From the NCBI GenBank assembly GCA_030704615.1, contig CM060733.1, positions 59,086,001-59,150,000 of the forward strand: DNA of 64,000 nucleotides. The letters run 5' to 3'. Below are positions 1-12,746 of this stretch, one piece after another. A program made the position numbers and the translations under genes. Below the pieces are notes generated by a model. That model was given only the letters and a program-made list of their open reading frames with translations. It made no database searches and was not told where the DNA came from. The stretch is from Takakia lepidozioides. Lineage: Eukaryota; Plantae; Bryophyta. Every line of letters begins with the position of its first letter. Position 1 is the first letter of the stretch.

Positions 1-690
1 TTTCAGTGGACACTTTAAAACTTCATTCTTTCTGTTCCTTTCTGTTTTTCCTTCTGTTTGGTTTTCTTGGGTCAGTTGGGCATCAGTTCACTCTGCCCTT
101 GAACGGTATTTAGTTTCACTCTCTTTCTGTCTTCTCCTAAACCCTAAACCACAAACTGCATAAAATGGCAGACAAAGCTATCCCTGTAGTAGAATCTCCA
201 CAACAATGGAGTCAGAAGATTTCACGAACAAGAAACAAATTAGCATGAGCATAGGCCAATGCAATTCAAGGAAGCTTTCGACATTGCGGTAAGAAGGCAC
301 CACCATGACTTGTGGTGCCCATCAGTCAATATTGCAAATTTACACAACTGATAGTCTTCAACACACTACTTTCTTGAGCGCACAACTCAAGTGACATCCA
401 ATGCTACGGTTTGAGCAATTGAGCGTTACTACTGTTATTAATGAATTCTACTGCCAAAACTCTCTCATCACACTTCAATGTTATGATATAAGCTGTGTCT
501 CCTCCTGTACCCAACATCTCTCTCTCTCCTCCCTCCTTCAACATTCTACTGATCCATCCACCCTGTGATCTTTCTATCCTCAACAAAGGAATGTGAAGAG
601 TACACAAAGAGGCACAGCACTAGACTAAGGCTGTCCAGAACAAATTTACTAACTCTAAAGCGCTGTAAGCACTCTCAGTGAATCGTGCCC

Positions 691-2485
691 CTAATTTCGG
701 GTACCTGACACTTTGAGGCATTGGTAGTCTGGCCGAGAGGCCTGCCTCCCAACATCTTGAGGGCAGAGTGATTGAGGAGGGGGCGAAACACAGTTGTACC
801 GGACGCACACGGCCACGCTGGGAGGGATGGTGGCGTTCGCAAGACCTCCAAAATCTGTGAGGTAGTTGTGTTGGAGATAGAGAGAACGAATGGTCGCCGC
901 TTCGATGGACGTTGCAAAGACCTGTCATAAGGAGATACAGAGAGGTTGTGATTCAGGGGTCATCTAGATGTACTCATGAAACTTTGCTCGCAATAGCCTA
1001 GTCTAATGGAGAAGGAGCGACAGGCGGACTGGAGACGAGAAAGAAAGAACAGCTGCTTCACTGAAGCTCACTCAGCCATCTTAGATTATGCAGAGACTCT
1101 TACCATCCTACCACTAGTTGTAGCGAAATATTTCAACAAGAAATCACTAATCGGCCAATGCCCTGTTCCTTCCAATCCCATGGCTTCCTATGACTGAAAT
1201 GTAGGACTTCCTCTTGGTTGTTTGCAACTTGTTGTGCAAGGCACCAGGACACTGCATTCAATTTCGGCTTATGTTGACTCTCAGCTCATGAAAGGAGCCT
1301 TGGAGAGAGGAAAGTTCTTGCAGTTCGAGTGACAGAGGATGTGCTCATCAGACTTGGGAGCAAAGGAAGGGGAAGAGAGGAAAGAATTTCAATCCTGACA
1401 TTGCATCAACTGTGGACGTCTTTGACATAAAGAGGCTAACATACTTGCATCACACCAAAGAACAGTCCTTCTGGGATTGCACCACTGACCTGTGGAACTG
1501 TGCCGACGAAGTAGTTGTTGTTGAGAAACAAACTTTGGGCACCCGAAAGGAAGGGAGAGATCTCTCCTTGCAGATGATTGTAACTGAGATCCACTGTAGG
1601 AATGGAGATCGGCGTTGTTATGCTCACTGACCCAGTCAACTGATTCCGATTAAGCAGTAAAACTGACAATGGGAATGAATAAATATTACTTGGAATCACC
1701 CCAGTGAACTGATTGAAGCTTAAATCTAAATATGTGAGGCTGCTCAAAGGAACCAACTCTCCCAACCACCCACTCATAGAATTCTTCGTCAGGGAGAGGT
1801 ATTGCAAAGATGCAGGAAGCGTTGGAAGCCCACCGGAAAAATCATTGTTTCTTAGATCCAAATGGGTCAGTGCACCGCTAGAAAAGCTGGGAATGGACCC
1901 CGAAAGTCTGTTGTCTGATAAAATCACTGCTTTAAGTGCTGGTAACTGCCCAATCGCCCAAGGGATAGAGCCTTCGTAAACATTTCTGCTCAGATCGAGT
2001 ATTTGAAGGCTCTTGAGGTTGCCAAAACTGTCCGGAATGCTGCCGGATATATAGTTAGCACTAGTACCAAGCAATTGGAGACTCTGCAAGTTACCAAGGC
2101 TATCAGGAAGGGTCCCTTTCACAGCTCCCGGATAAAGGGTCAATTGGGTGAGATACATCAAATTGCCTAGGAGAGGGGATAGTGTACCGGAGATGCCTGG
2201 CACCCCAGCTTCCGCAGGTCCAAGAGAGAGAGAGCTCACTCGGTTGAGGCCGTCAACAGTGACACACTGAACTCCACTGAAAGATTGGCAGGGATCAACA
2301 GAAATAGAAAATTCCCAAGTACTAAAAAAGTTGCCCCCCGGCAGATCCTCCATGCTACCTTTGACAGCTTGTAGGACTAGCAAATCCAGGGGGTGCAGCA
2401 GCCCAGCTTCTGAGAACCCCACAACTAATAGCATTGTCTGTACCAGTACCACCAAAACCGGCCATCCTCTGGAAGTCCTCTCCAT
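691..2485 (-). CDS. Secreted leucine-rich-repeat protein (PII-2/TMM-like extracellular LRR family); exons 1490-2485 and 691-921, 408 aa
   Basis: ATG at 2485 (MERTSRGWPVLVVLVQTMLLVVG, signal-peptide-like), LRRNT motif (W..SVDPC..FSGVQC), plant LxxLxLxxNxLSGxIP repeats; phase-0 GT-AG intron 922-1489 (CAG|gtcagt ... atgacag|GTC) joins to VFATSIEAATIRSLYLQHNYLTDF...CVRYNCVSPPPQSLCP...RPDYQC, stop at 691-693. Confidence 0.9.
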
Positions 2486-4304
2486 AGCCAGAAGGACAGG
2501 CCAGACCTCCCTCAAATGTAAGCTTAGGCTGGATCTTCGAATATGGCCGGATGCAAGTGCACGCGTTGTTCTGTATTCGCCCGTAGATTCCGGCAAACTC
2601 GTTACCAGTGGCTGCTGCTACTTGAGTACCACCCTCCTACCCTTTGTTGTCAGCTCCGTGGCAGGTTGGAAACAGGCGTCTCACAAAATCCAGACGCTCA
2701 TATGCCCTCCTGCACAACCACTGTCAGAGGAAGAGAAGCCAAATGGGGGAAGGAGACAACAGATGTGACGACGGTTGAGTCAGTGACAGAACCCTCACAA
2801 CCTATGCTAAAGCGAGATGGTCCTAACGAACCAAAATGCGCGTATGCTTAACAGTGAAAGAGACTGTGATGAATCAACGCACAAAGAAATGCACCTATGT
2901 GTCGGCCCGCAGGTGGGTAAAAGCACAGACTCGAGAAGAACAACAGAGAATACGAGAGAGAGAGAGAGTAGAGATCCACAATCCAGTGCGTAGGAACTGC
3001 GAGTATGTGGCACAGAAAATAAAAGCACCAAATGACAGGGGAAGAGATAGTGCCCAATGCTTCCAATCGAGTCTCTAGCTGCACAACAAAGTGATCCTCA
3101 AGCAAGGAGAAGGACGTCAGAGAGGGAATACAATCCTCCCCCCTCCCTGCAAAAAGTCCCCGTCGAAGCGCAGCAGAGATCCAATCTATTGCATTAGGAC
3201 GCTTCAAGCCAATGAATTGGAAGTTGATGCCTCTCTCCAACGCGAACACTGCATCACCGGAGCTCTGTTCGTAATTATTGTTCCATGGCCCATACAGTGT
3301 GAGAGATCAGCGATTGCATTACTCGAATCTGTATGCCTCTGTACGGTGATCACTACCTCTACACAATGCGGGCAAGATTTTGAGCATCTCTCACAAAGAC
3401 ACACCCTTTCCCGCTTCAAGTCCCTGTGAAACTGAGCGGTGGGTACGACAGCTCTCGCTTCCACTGAGTCTGGGACGTGTGCGTCTCCTCCAAGCTGTCA
3501 ATCTCCTCTCACAGGACTGAGGGAGCTCCACAGCTGCTGGATTTGTGCAGTGCCTGCACAGTCAACGGTTTTTTCCCCTGCAAGCGGCCATCAAGTTCCC
3601 GCAACGGCTTCATTGTCGGAATACTTTATTTTATGTCCCTCTTTAACTGCGCTTCACAGTCTCACTGCCCCACAACTTACCTTTCTTCACCCACATTCCA
3701 TATGTAACAGTCCACCCTAAGTGCATTCTGCTCAACACGGACACTCCGATCCCAACCCATCACCTAAAAATAACCCATACACACAACCCACAAGCCAGAA
3801 CACAATGAATTCGGCCCTCTCATGTGCCCTCATGGCTTCTCCCCCCTTTTTCACAAAAAAGAAAGAAAAAGGGTAGAAACTACAAACTAAAAACCGTCGT
3901 CTACAATGTAGATAGTGCTTGCACTTGCATGCAACAATGGCTCATCGAAAAGAGCTTGGCCGCCTTCTACCTTACTAACATTCTAAAAATCTAACAAATT
4001 TCAGTGGCCTTCAGGGTTTACCTTGGTCAGCAAAAGAAGACCACAGATTAGAGGAAAGCGAGAGTTAGTCTAGTGGGCCACACTGTGTGTAGGAGTCAAG
4101 GGTTTTGTGGAGGTTTTCATAGTAGTATGGTACAGGTGGCCTTTTGTGGTGTGCAATATTCATTTGAGTGCAACCTTAGTAGGCTAACAAGTTGACTAGC
4201 AACCCGTCTCTATGAGAAAGGCATCTTGACTCCAACCTCCCCAAATTCCTCACACCCCACAAGGAAAACAAAGAATGAGACTTGTAGTACCAGGAGATCA
4301 CAGA

Positions 4305-4790
4305 AGAACGGGACAGATCCATTAATGAGGGGAATGCCACTTCATTTGTTGGGGACAAATCAATAGGAGCACTTTGAACTTATCTTTGAAAGCTCCACTT
4401 CTGATGTCAATTGAACAACTTGATCATGTCACTTGTTGGGGATAACTGGAGCATCATGAAGACATGGTCCATCACCTTCATGGAGCATTATCTCACATAA
4501 TGGATTGTCCAGATGCATGGAAGTATTGATTCACTTAGATGCAAACAAGGAAAATTAGGGACCCAATTTGAGAAGTTCATGTGGAAACAAGGTCAAGAAC
4601 ATGATGGATGATATTTGCCAAAGAGATGAGCAATTGTCAGGACTTCTATCATGCCTACAAGCTTGCAATGGTGCTCACGAGAATATCAGACAGCAAAAGG
4701 TTGAAAAAACACCAGACCTGACAAATCTTGCTGGTAGTTTCTTTGAAATATAGTCGTTCATCAGTCATCTTAGAAAAGGGCCTCTATCCC
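4305..4790 (+). repeat. Dispersed repeat 'B', copy 1
   Basis: Aligns by eye to 44770-45040 (+) and 57070-57720 (-), e.g. GAGAAGTTCATGTGGAAACAAGGTC and CAAAGAGATGAGCAATTGTCAG. Confidence 0.85.
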
Positions 4791-4791
4791 C

Positions 4792-7700
4792 CTTTTTTTT
4801 TAAATTAATTTTTTTATTTTTTATTTTTTATTTTTAAGAGGGACAGAGGCCTCAGAAACTTTATAAAAAAGGGGGATGTAAAATATCCCAAGAGCACAAA
4901 ATTTGGAAGTTTTAGCAAGGAAAAAATAACCTTGCGGGGGAGCCATAAGACCAACAGATGAGACACTGCTCAACACCAAAAACCATGAGAGAATTCTAAC
5001 TGCAGCAGAGGTCTGATGCTAGTCTAACTGCAGCTGAAGATGCACTTGAAGTTCTTCACTTCCCTTTGCAGGGCTCAAATGAGAGATGAACCCGAGACTT
5101 GGTCTTTCTAAAACTTCGCTTATGGCGCCAATTGACTTCATTGTCATCACAATCCGCTGGGGAGCATCTAGCGCTAATGGAGCTCCCATCCTGCAGGGAG
5201 GGAGTTGTTCCACGTAACCCGAAGCTCTAAAATTGCACACAAAACCTCCCATGCTTTCCGAGCTTCAGACTGTAAGTCTGAGTGAGCTCTAAACAAAATA
5301 ACTCTAGCACAGGGATCATCATAAAGGGAAGAACAACGGGCTTTCCAGATCTGCCACAAAGTATGAGCACGCAAAGCAGACCAAATAGGGCAGTCAGACC
5401 AGAGTCTTCCATCATGGAAATTCAGAAGAATGAGGGGTTGAGTCGTAGGAAAATCATTCCCCCAGTTCCTATAGAACCAAGCAGCTTTCTGCCAAATGCT
5501 GGCTACAAAGGGGCACGAGTAGAATATATGCTCCATGGTTTCCTGGACTGGGGCAAAACAAAACTGACAAGTAGAAACAGAACTCTAGGGAAAATGAGTG
5601 ACAGACAGGATTCTGTTCACTATTCTCCATAAAAAACCGGAGATCTTGGCAGCCCGATCCTTCTTCCACACATCCTTCCAGATTGGCTTCCAAGATGTGG
5701 GGCATGTAGTAAGATGCCTCCACTTATGAGACAAATTGGTATCACAGGAGGATTGCAGGATCAGAAGGGAATAGCCCATTTTAACGGTATAAGAAAAGAA
5801 TGGATCATGCTTTTTGAACATCCATATCCACTCGTCGGGATCAAATTGCAGGGAGCTTAGAGTGGCAGTCAAGAACCAACGGAAGGATCCGGCGTAGTGC
5901 TCAATGATCACGGATAGCTGTGGGTTAATCTGCCCTGAAGCCTGGCAGTAAACTCTGATGGGCACTAGCTCTGATTCCCCAACTTCATGTCTGCAAGGCG
6001 ATAGCATATAGCCAAGGAAATTAACTTTGAACTTCCAACCCTGCAAGATTGACCCGTACCTATGTAAGGCTAAAAAAGCATAGGCAGGGTAAGAACGTAA
6101 GTATCCAAGCCAAATCGGTAGAGGGTGTTGATTGACAGGCAAAGAGGACCAAAACACCCAATCTTGGGGAATTTCCTGCATGATCGAGCTCCAGGCAGCA
6201 GGTGCTGCTCGACCTACACTCTTGAAAATTCCAGCTTCTAGTTCAATGGGTCTCTTGTTGTGAAGAACATGTTGAAGATGCGAAAATCCAGCTTTCTCCC
6301 ATAGGCTCCAATGCCTGGAACATTTCAGGAGCAGATCTGAGTCAGAGTTGTAATTGGCGGACAAGGGTTGTCTTAACGTCTCGACAACAGATGATGGAGT
6401 CTTTTGAGATAGATTGGGCCTCATTCTCAGCCAGGCATCCCAAATGGATTGCCACGCCTTAGATCCAAATTTGGCAGATTTAGAAGGAAGCCATTGGACC
6501 ACCCATTTGAGAGAAGAAGGCCAGGGATGAGCTGTCGATGGAATGGAATCCATCACATGGTTCCTAACAATTAGGCTCCAAGGAGCAGAGAGGTCCAAGA
6601 AAATTCTAGGCACCCATTTCGCCAAGAGAGCTATCACCTGAGCCTAGGGGTCAATAATCCCCAGTCCACCAAACTTCTAAGTTTTGAATGATCTGTGACC
6701 AACTAACAAGCGCCCAGTGATTGTTTGCAGGAGATGAAGCACCCCAAAGGAAGTTACGTACCAGAGCCTTCATTTGCTTGATCATGACAAAGCCAGGAGA
6801 CCATGCCGAGGAACTGAACCAAGAAGACTGGAGAATGACCTGATTAACCACCAACGCTCTCCCTGTAATTGACAGGTGTGTGAAGCACCAAAAAGCCAGC
6901 TTTGTTTTGATCCTAGCCAAAACCGGCCCATATCGCTGCATGTCAAAAATATCGTGCTCTACTGGCTGACCTGCAAAATATGTGCTTGCCCGTCGTCGAG
7001 CCCTACAAGGCCCAAGTCGCTACCCCAGGGGGCACAGTACGCAACTCCAGGATTTTGGGCCGGGATAGAATACCCACAGATTTGCCCCAGTTAATAGATA
7101 ACCCCGAAGCCTCGCAGAAGGAATACAGGACGTTCAACGCACTAGTGACGTTCATCAGGGAGATGTTATCAATCAAAATAGTCGTATCATCAGCGTAAAG
7201 AGAGGCCTTGATCGAGTACAAAGAGGGCATGGACTTGGGGATTGCCAATTCCTTCACACCCTCTGCAGCTTCCAAAAGATGTCCCAGTCCATCTGCAGCG
7301 ATAATGAAAAGAAAGGGGGCTAGAGGGCATCCCTGCCTGACAGAACGGTAAAGGGGGAGGGAGGAAGACAACGCTCCATTCACCGCTACTCTACTAGAGG
7401 CAGACTGCATGAGAATTTTCACCCAAGCCAAGAAAGAGCCATTAATGCCTACTTTTTCCAAAGCCCCGAAGAGAAAAGGCCAATCTACATTATCAAAGGC
7501 TTTTTCAAAGTCTAACGCATAGCCAACGGCTGGTTATTGATGTGGGCTTGATGCAAAGCCTCATTGGCTAGCAATATATTATCAAGGATCGAGCGGTTTT
7601 TAATGAAGCCAAACTGCTCTGGGCAAATAATCTTCGGAAGCAAGGGCTGTAGCCTCATGGCTAATGCTTTGGCAATAATTTTGTAAACCGAGGAGAGAAG

Positions 7701-8615
7701 GGTTATTGGTCTATAATTAGAAATTAGTCCCCTGTCCCCTTTCTTATAGATAAGAGTTATCAACCCTTGCGATATTTGAGAGGGAAGGATCCCTTTGAGG
7801 ATGACATCATTGGCCATGGCCAAGAAAATTTCCCCACCTACTTCCTGATGGAGGATTTTGAAGAACTCAATCGGAATTCCGTCCAGACCTGGGGCTTTAA
7901 GAGGACTCAAGCTTTCAATGGCCTGGAGGAACTCCATGGCTAAGAAGGGCTCAGAAAGCTTTGCTTGCTCTGCAGAGGAAATGATAGAAGGGATAGCAGC
8001 CAGCACTTTAGCACGACTGGCCAAAAAGGATGGTTGGTAGACCCTTTGCTTGAATAGGTTAGAGAAATAAACAGAGGCCACCTCAGCCATTTCTTTTGGA
8101 GTGGAAACCATTGAGCCTGAGGAGCCCCTTAAGGAGGCAATCGAAGTTGAAGCCTACCTTTGCTTGGCTTTTTGGAAAAAGTATGTTGTCATTTTTCGCC
8201 CTTAAGGGACCAATTGACACGTGCTTTCCGTCTGAGGAACTCCTCTCTACCATGCAGTAGCTCTGCCATATTTTTTTTCGTCGTGTTGTAAGAGGAGAAG
8301 GTTTGGGGCCCAGCTGCCCCACATTCAATCTTACTCTGACATTGCGCTAGACACTCAAGAAGAGCTTTTTCCTTATGAGCTCTTTCAATGGCAACAACTC
8401 TAGATAATTTCTGAGCCATCATCCTGGTTTCGTGGAGCTTAGCTAAGAACCTTAAGGTAGGCGAGGAGTACCCATTTCCTGCCTCCTTCCAAGAGCTAGC
8501 AAGCTGCCTTACAACCTCTTTAGACTTAAACAGCATGGGGTTGAGCTTAAAAAAGCTACGACCCTTGAGGTGGGTTCCTGGAGCACTGAAAGTTACCTCA
8601 ACTTGGGCATGATCG
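4792..8615 (-). mobile_element. L1-clade LINE, 5'-truncated and frameshifted ORF2 (end of AP endonuclease, RT, zf-RVT) with A-rich tail
   Basis: DHAQV...FFKLN (endonuclease end), KAPGLDG, NYRPITLLSSVYKIIAK, QFGFIKNRSILDN, RQGCPLAPFLF, LYADD, EHIFYSCP; T-rich tail on + at 4793-4834; several frameshifts and stops. Confidence 0.92.
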
Positions 8616-8619
8616 AAGT

Positions 8620-9190
8620 CTGGTAAAATTGGTCCCAACGGATGGGGAGATGACCGGCGCAGGGCGAAGGTTTGATATCTCCTGGTGCAAGAATGGTCTT
8701 CCCGGCACCAGACTGTCCGACACAAGAATGCGCTGGAAAGACAACTTCCCCCCCAATGGGAAATCTCCGGTTGATGGGGAGGAGTCTGACTTCAATTGGA
8801 GGCACAGGCGCGCTAGGGATTCTAAATCCAGGGCTCACCTTAAGTTTTAGTGTTCAGCTTTAGTGCTCACAGCTCTGCTTGGACCTTATTGGGTTCTATC
8901 GTTTCAAGGCTCTGTTGTTTTCACGCACTGCTGTTATGTGTTGTGCTGGCTGTAGGTAGGTTATTTTCAGCTTTTAGGCTCGCCTGCTCTTTGACTTGGC
9001 AGTTCTGATTGTACGCTCTCTCCCGGTTTAATTTATGTTTTCTGGTTATCTGGTAGTTGATATTTTGTGCTCACCTCATGAGGTTTCGTTTTTTCCTCAT
9101 TTCCCCCTTAATTGAATTTCCAGCCACTAGTCCCTGTTTTTTTATATTATCATTTTAAATGACAAGACCAACTTTTGAGGGCCGCCCCTA
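8620..9190 (+). mobile_element. 3' end of a related L1-type LINE, head-to-head with the previous one
   Basis: RRFDISWCKNGLPGTRLSDTRMRWKDNFPP aligns with LINE C-terminus AFNKSWGKDFVFCRRIDDSRIVWEDSPP (28630-28740); T-rich 3' UTR ending in GGGCCGCCCC, similar to other LINE ends here. Confidence 0.65.
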
Positions 9191-9222
9191 AATCAACATG
9201 TTTGGAATCTTGTACAACTTAA

Positions 9223-10050
9223 CCCTCAAGTTCCCAAGCCATTTTTTGACTTTTTACCAATTTTGGGTACCCAGCTGCAGAAAATTGCCCCTAGAAACCT
9301 ACCAAAAATCATCAGGAGATTCCAGCCTTATAGCAATGGGCCCAGCTCATTTATGCATGACATACCAAAAAATGAGCCAAGTCCACCGTGGAAATTGTGA
9401 GATTATAACGTTGGCGAGGACCTCAAATATCAGGTCCCAAAGAAAAAGTGAGAAAGAAATTGGTTTGACCAAATCAAAACCTAGCTTTATCCAATTTTGC
9501 TTGCCCCAAGACCCACCATTTCCAAATCAATAGTGGAGTGGCTATGACCCCACAAATTGCAGGTCCAACTGATTTTTTCACCTATGCTTGCTATGCATGC
9601 AATTACATGGGGGTTGAAATCTCAAAATTGACAAGAGAAAATGTGCCTCCAAATGAAGTACTTTTTTTTCTACAAAAATTTTAAAAGCCAATGGTGGATG
9701 TGTGTTTGTAATGCTCACACACCACAAGTGAAGCCACAAGCTTTTTCCAAAATTGCTAATTTTCTGCCAAAAATGGCCTTTGGAGTGCAATCTGTTTTGG
9801 GCTTGTTTACCTGCCACGTCAGCGGTGAACAAGCCCTTTTCAGGCCCCTAAACGTAAATGAGAGATCTAAGATATTTTTTGTAGGTCGTACCTTTCGGTT
9901 TTTCTTTTGTTTTGTTTTTTGCATCGTACTCGAGACAAATCCCTTGTCATTAAAGCTTCAGGAGTGGGGCCCATCAGATTAGATCTGCAAAAATTAGGCC
10001 GTACTGCAAATTCAAAGTGACCCCATTCAGGTCGCTTGGGAACTTAAGGG
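9223..10050. mobile_element. Non-autonomous piggyBac-type element (MITE, 828 bp)
   Basis: TTAA|CCCTCAAGTTCCCAAGC ... GCTTGGGAACTTAAGGG|CTAA: 17-bp TIRs with 1 mismatch, CCC/GGG termini, TTAA target (right copy has 1 substitution), no credible internal ORF. Confidence 0.8.
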
Positions 10051-10357
10051 CTAAGAATTGACAGTAACAATCTGCCGAAAAATAATAGTAAGCATAAAAT
10101 GATAAAAACAACCTTCTGCAAAGTAAAAAATACATGTTTAGGAAATACATGTACATGCAATCTGAAAAATGATAGGAACAACCTGCAGAAGGGTAAACCA
10201 ACATGTTTGGAACCCAAGCAGGCATTTCATAAAGCCAAAGGGATGGCTTTGGCACTATCGAGGCAGGGCGGGAGCGATTGGGTGAGAAGGGCAGGGTGGG
10301 CCAAATCGAGCATGTGGAGCCTGGGAGGGGAGCTGTGGAGGACAAGGCAAGGCAAGG

Positions 10358-10800
10358 CAAACCCTCCTCTGCAACCTAGAAGCTTCACTGTAAATTAGCA
10401 GGATGCTCACCCCAGCCGTTGCCTTCACAGCGACGGTCGTGTGGCCTTGGCTCAAGAGGCAGCCATACCAGGATTTCACATCTGGAAGCCAAAGGAGTAT
10501 TTCGGACGCTAGTAATCAGGCTTGTCAAGCTGAAGTGGAACAACAACCAGTAAAGGAAAAATTGTAAAATGAGCTTGTTAGAGCCATGAGTCATTACTCC
10601 GAAAGTTCAGACAAACTCTCCTCCGCAACCTAGAAGTGCTCCAGATATGACACAGCTTGACTGTAAATTAGCAGGATGCTCACCCCAACTTTTGTTACTC
10701 CACAGAAATGGTCAAATGTCCATGCTCAAGAGCTAGCACTACAAGGATTTTACATTCAAGCGAAGGTGTATTTCAGACACTAGAGCTCAAGTGGAACAAG
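10358..10800 (+). repeat. Diverged local tandem duplication (~250-bp period)
   Basis: GCAACCTAGAAG...ACTGTAAATTAGCAGGATGCTCACCCCA...GGATTT.ACAT...AAGTGGAACAA present twice (10360-10540, 10615-10800). Confidence 0.75.
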
Positions 10801-11693
10801 AATCAATCAAGCTATCAAACAGGCAGGACATCACATCAGAACACACACAGCTAACAGCACCATAGCCTGTATATGAGAAAAGTTCAGGCATAAAAACCTT
10901 CAGATATCCTAATGAAGGCTGGATAGCAGATAGGCACTGCCACAGTACACAATGCAGCCAGTTTATGAAGTCAGATTGCCATTGTGGGACAGCAGAGCTA
11001 CATAGAAGCATTTACGAATTTGCCATGCAAATGAAAAGTTGCGAAAGAGAATACCAAAGAATCATCTATTCTTGCAGCAGGGAGAGTCAATTGCAGTAAA
11101 AGAATGGTACAGCATTGATTGCTTATCAAAAAAGAATTTACAGCCAGCCACCTGGTGAGGGAGCCTGCATGTGGTCTCAAGCAGCCTGTCCCTTTCCAAA
11201 CCTATTCAGGGCGCACCATCTCTTCAGAGTCTAATTACAAGTCCTTGACAGGATTTAGACTATATACTGTATACAGGTGTGTGGCAGCCCTCTCTATCTC
11301 ACACTCCATGGAAGTTTCTCATCCATAACCTCTTGCTGGGTATGTGTAAATCACTATCCTCCTGGCCTCCAGATTCCAAACTGCATTACACAAGCCCAGA
11401 CAATATCCTGGCATTCCAGATCATTACAAGGAGACAAAATCTCACATAGCCTTGCATGCAATCAGAACAGGAGAGCCCGGGTTTCGTAAGATTGCCATAA
11501 CGGTATGTATAGCTAGCATTCATAATGCCCAGCTACATGAAGGCATCCATTAATATCTGCATTTTGCTGTTGGCCTGCATTTGTTGTATGCTCTCCAGCA
11601 TTATGATTGTCAGAGAAACGCGCACTCAAAATGGTCCAGAGGAAGTCATCCAAAGCTTCCATCCTGTAGCTTGTAGGAACATATCTATTTTGC

Positions 11694-12746
11694 TCAATCT
11701 TGGGATTTGGTGGACGCGCGCTTGAGAAACTCATAAGTTGTGATCATGGTGGTGGCCGACATAGACATGCTCGTCCAGCGAGGCCCGAGCCCTCGGTAGC
11801 ATGCCCTCCATCCGCCCTCATTCAGCAAAGTCCGCACGGTTTGTCCAACAGTAGGCCGTCTATTTCCCTCATTTCCTAGAACCTGAAGCCGCGTTTTGAT
11901 TGTGTCAAAAGGAGTCGTAACGACAGCCGCTACACCCCCTGCACATGCCGCACTGACACCCTGCACACCGATTACCATGGCGGAACTAGGGCCGCACAGT
12001 TCCTCAGTGCTTCCACGGTAACCCAGACCCATCCACAAGGACCGCTGCGTCACACAGTAGGAAGACCACCAAAGAGCATTCGAGGGTGCGTAAGTAAGAA
12101 TCGACATGCCAAATCCACGGTAAAGACCCCGCAGCCCATCGGTTCTCATGATCGTCCTAAAGGCGTCCATGCCACCCCTATAACTGGTCGAAAGTCCCCC
12201 CTGTCCTCCTTGCACCATCAACCGCTGGCTGACAACGTCAATTGGTGTCCACACCAGCTGTGCTACAACAGATGCTGTCAGTCCGGCAGCAGCATTGGCC
12301 ACTGCTGCAGCTGCGGGCTCGGACATTCCCCCAGCTTTTGTAGCCAAATTTGCAACATTGCTCTTAGTTATTTCTAGAGTGCTCATATAGAGAGCCCGGG
12401 CAGGGATAGTACCCATGAGGGAGGTGGTAAACCCTCGGTAAAGACCAGTAATGCCCTCACGCCGGAGAATGCCGAATCCTAGATTGATGTAAGACTGGTG
12501 CGTGGCCGCCATGACTTGCTGCCTGGTCTTGAGGACCACCACCGGATACAGAGTGGCCGACACACCAGAGAAGAGCGCAGCTCCAAGCAGAAAGAACTTG
12601 GACTTGTCTAGCATATGCCAGTCGATTTCCGCTGGCACCTTAATATCTGAACTACGCTGGTGTGGCCGCCTCAGCGCCATTTCTCTTTCTGTCCGTTCCC
12701 TGCTTCTGCTGGTGTTATCAGTCACACCGTCTAAATGTTGTTGCAT
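11694..12746 (-). CDS. Mitochondrial substrate carrier, SLC25A44-like; intronless CDS (alternative start ATG 12680)
   Basis: EIDWHMLDKSKFF N-terminal signature; three carrier repeats with PxxxxKxR motifs (YPVVVLKTRQQ, TPIDVVSQRLM, TPFDTIKTRLQ) and GLYRGF motifs. Confidence 0.95.
   Translation of the reverse strand: MQQHLDGVTDNTSRSRERTEREMALRRPHQRSSDIKVPAEIDWHMLDKSKFFLLGAALFSGVSATLYPVVVLKTRQQVMAATHQSYINLGFGILRREGITGLYRGFTTSLMGTIPARALYMSTLEITKSNVANLATKAGGMSEPAAAAVANAAAGLTASVVAQLVWTPIDVVSQRLMVQGGQGGLSTSYRGGMDAFRTIMRTDGLRGLYRGFGMSILTYAPSNALWWSSYCVTQRSLWMGLGYRGSTEELCGPSSAMVIGVQGVSAACAGGVAAVVTTPFDTIKTRLQVLGNEGNRRPTVGQTVRTLLNEGGWRACYRGLGPRWTSMSMSATTMITTYEFLKRASTKSQD

Noticed and set aside
134-152. 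Telomere-like TAAACCCTAAACC
   Set aside because: Under two units; no array
1436-1489. C-terminus of the LRR ORF as given in the ORF track
   Set aside because: It is read-through into an intron; the real C-terminus is exon 691-921
2600-3720. Many overlapping ORFs upstream of the LRR gene
   Set aside because: No domains, mostly non-ATG starts, AG microsatellite; consistent with leader/promoter sequence
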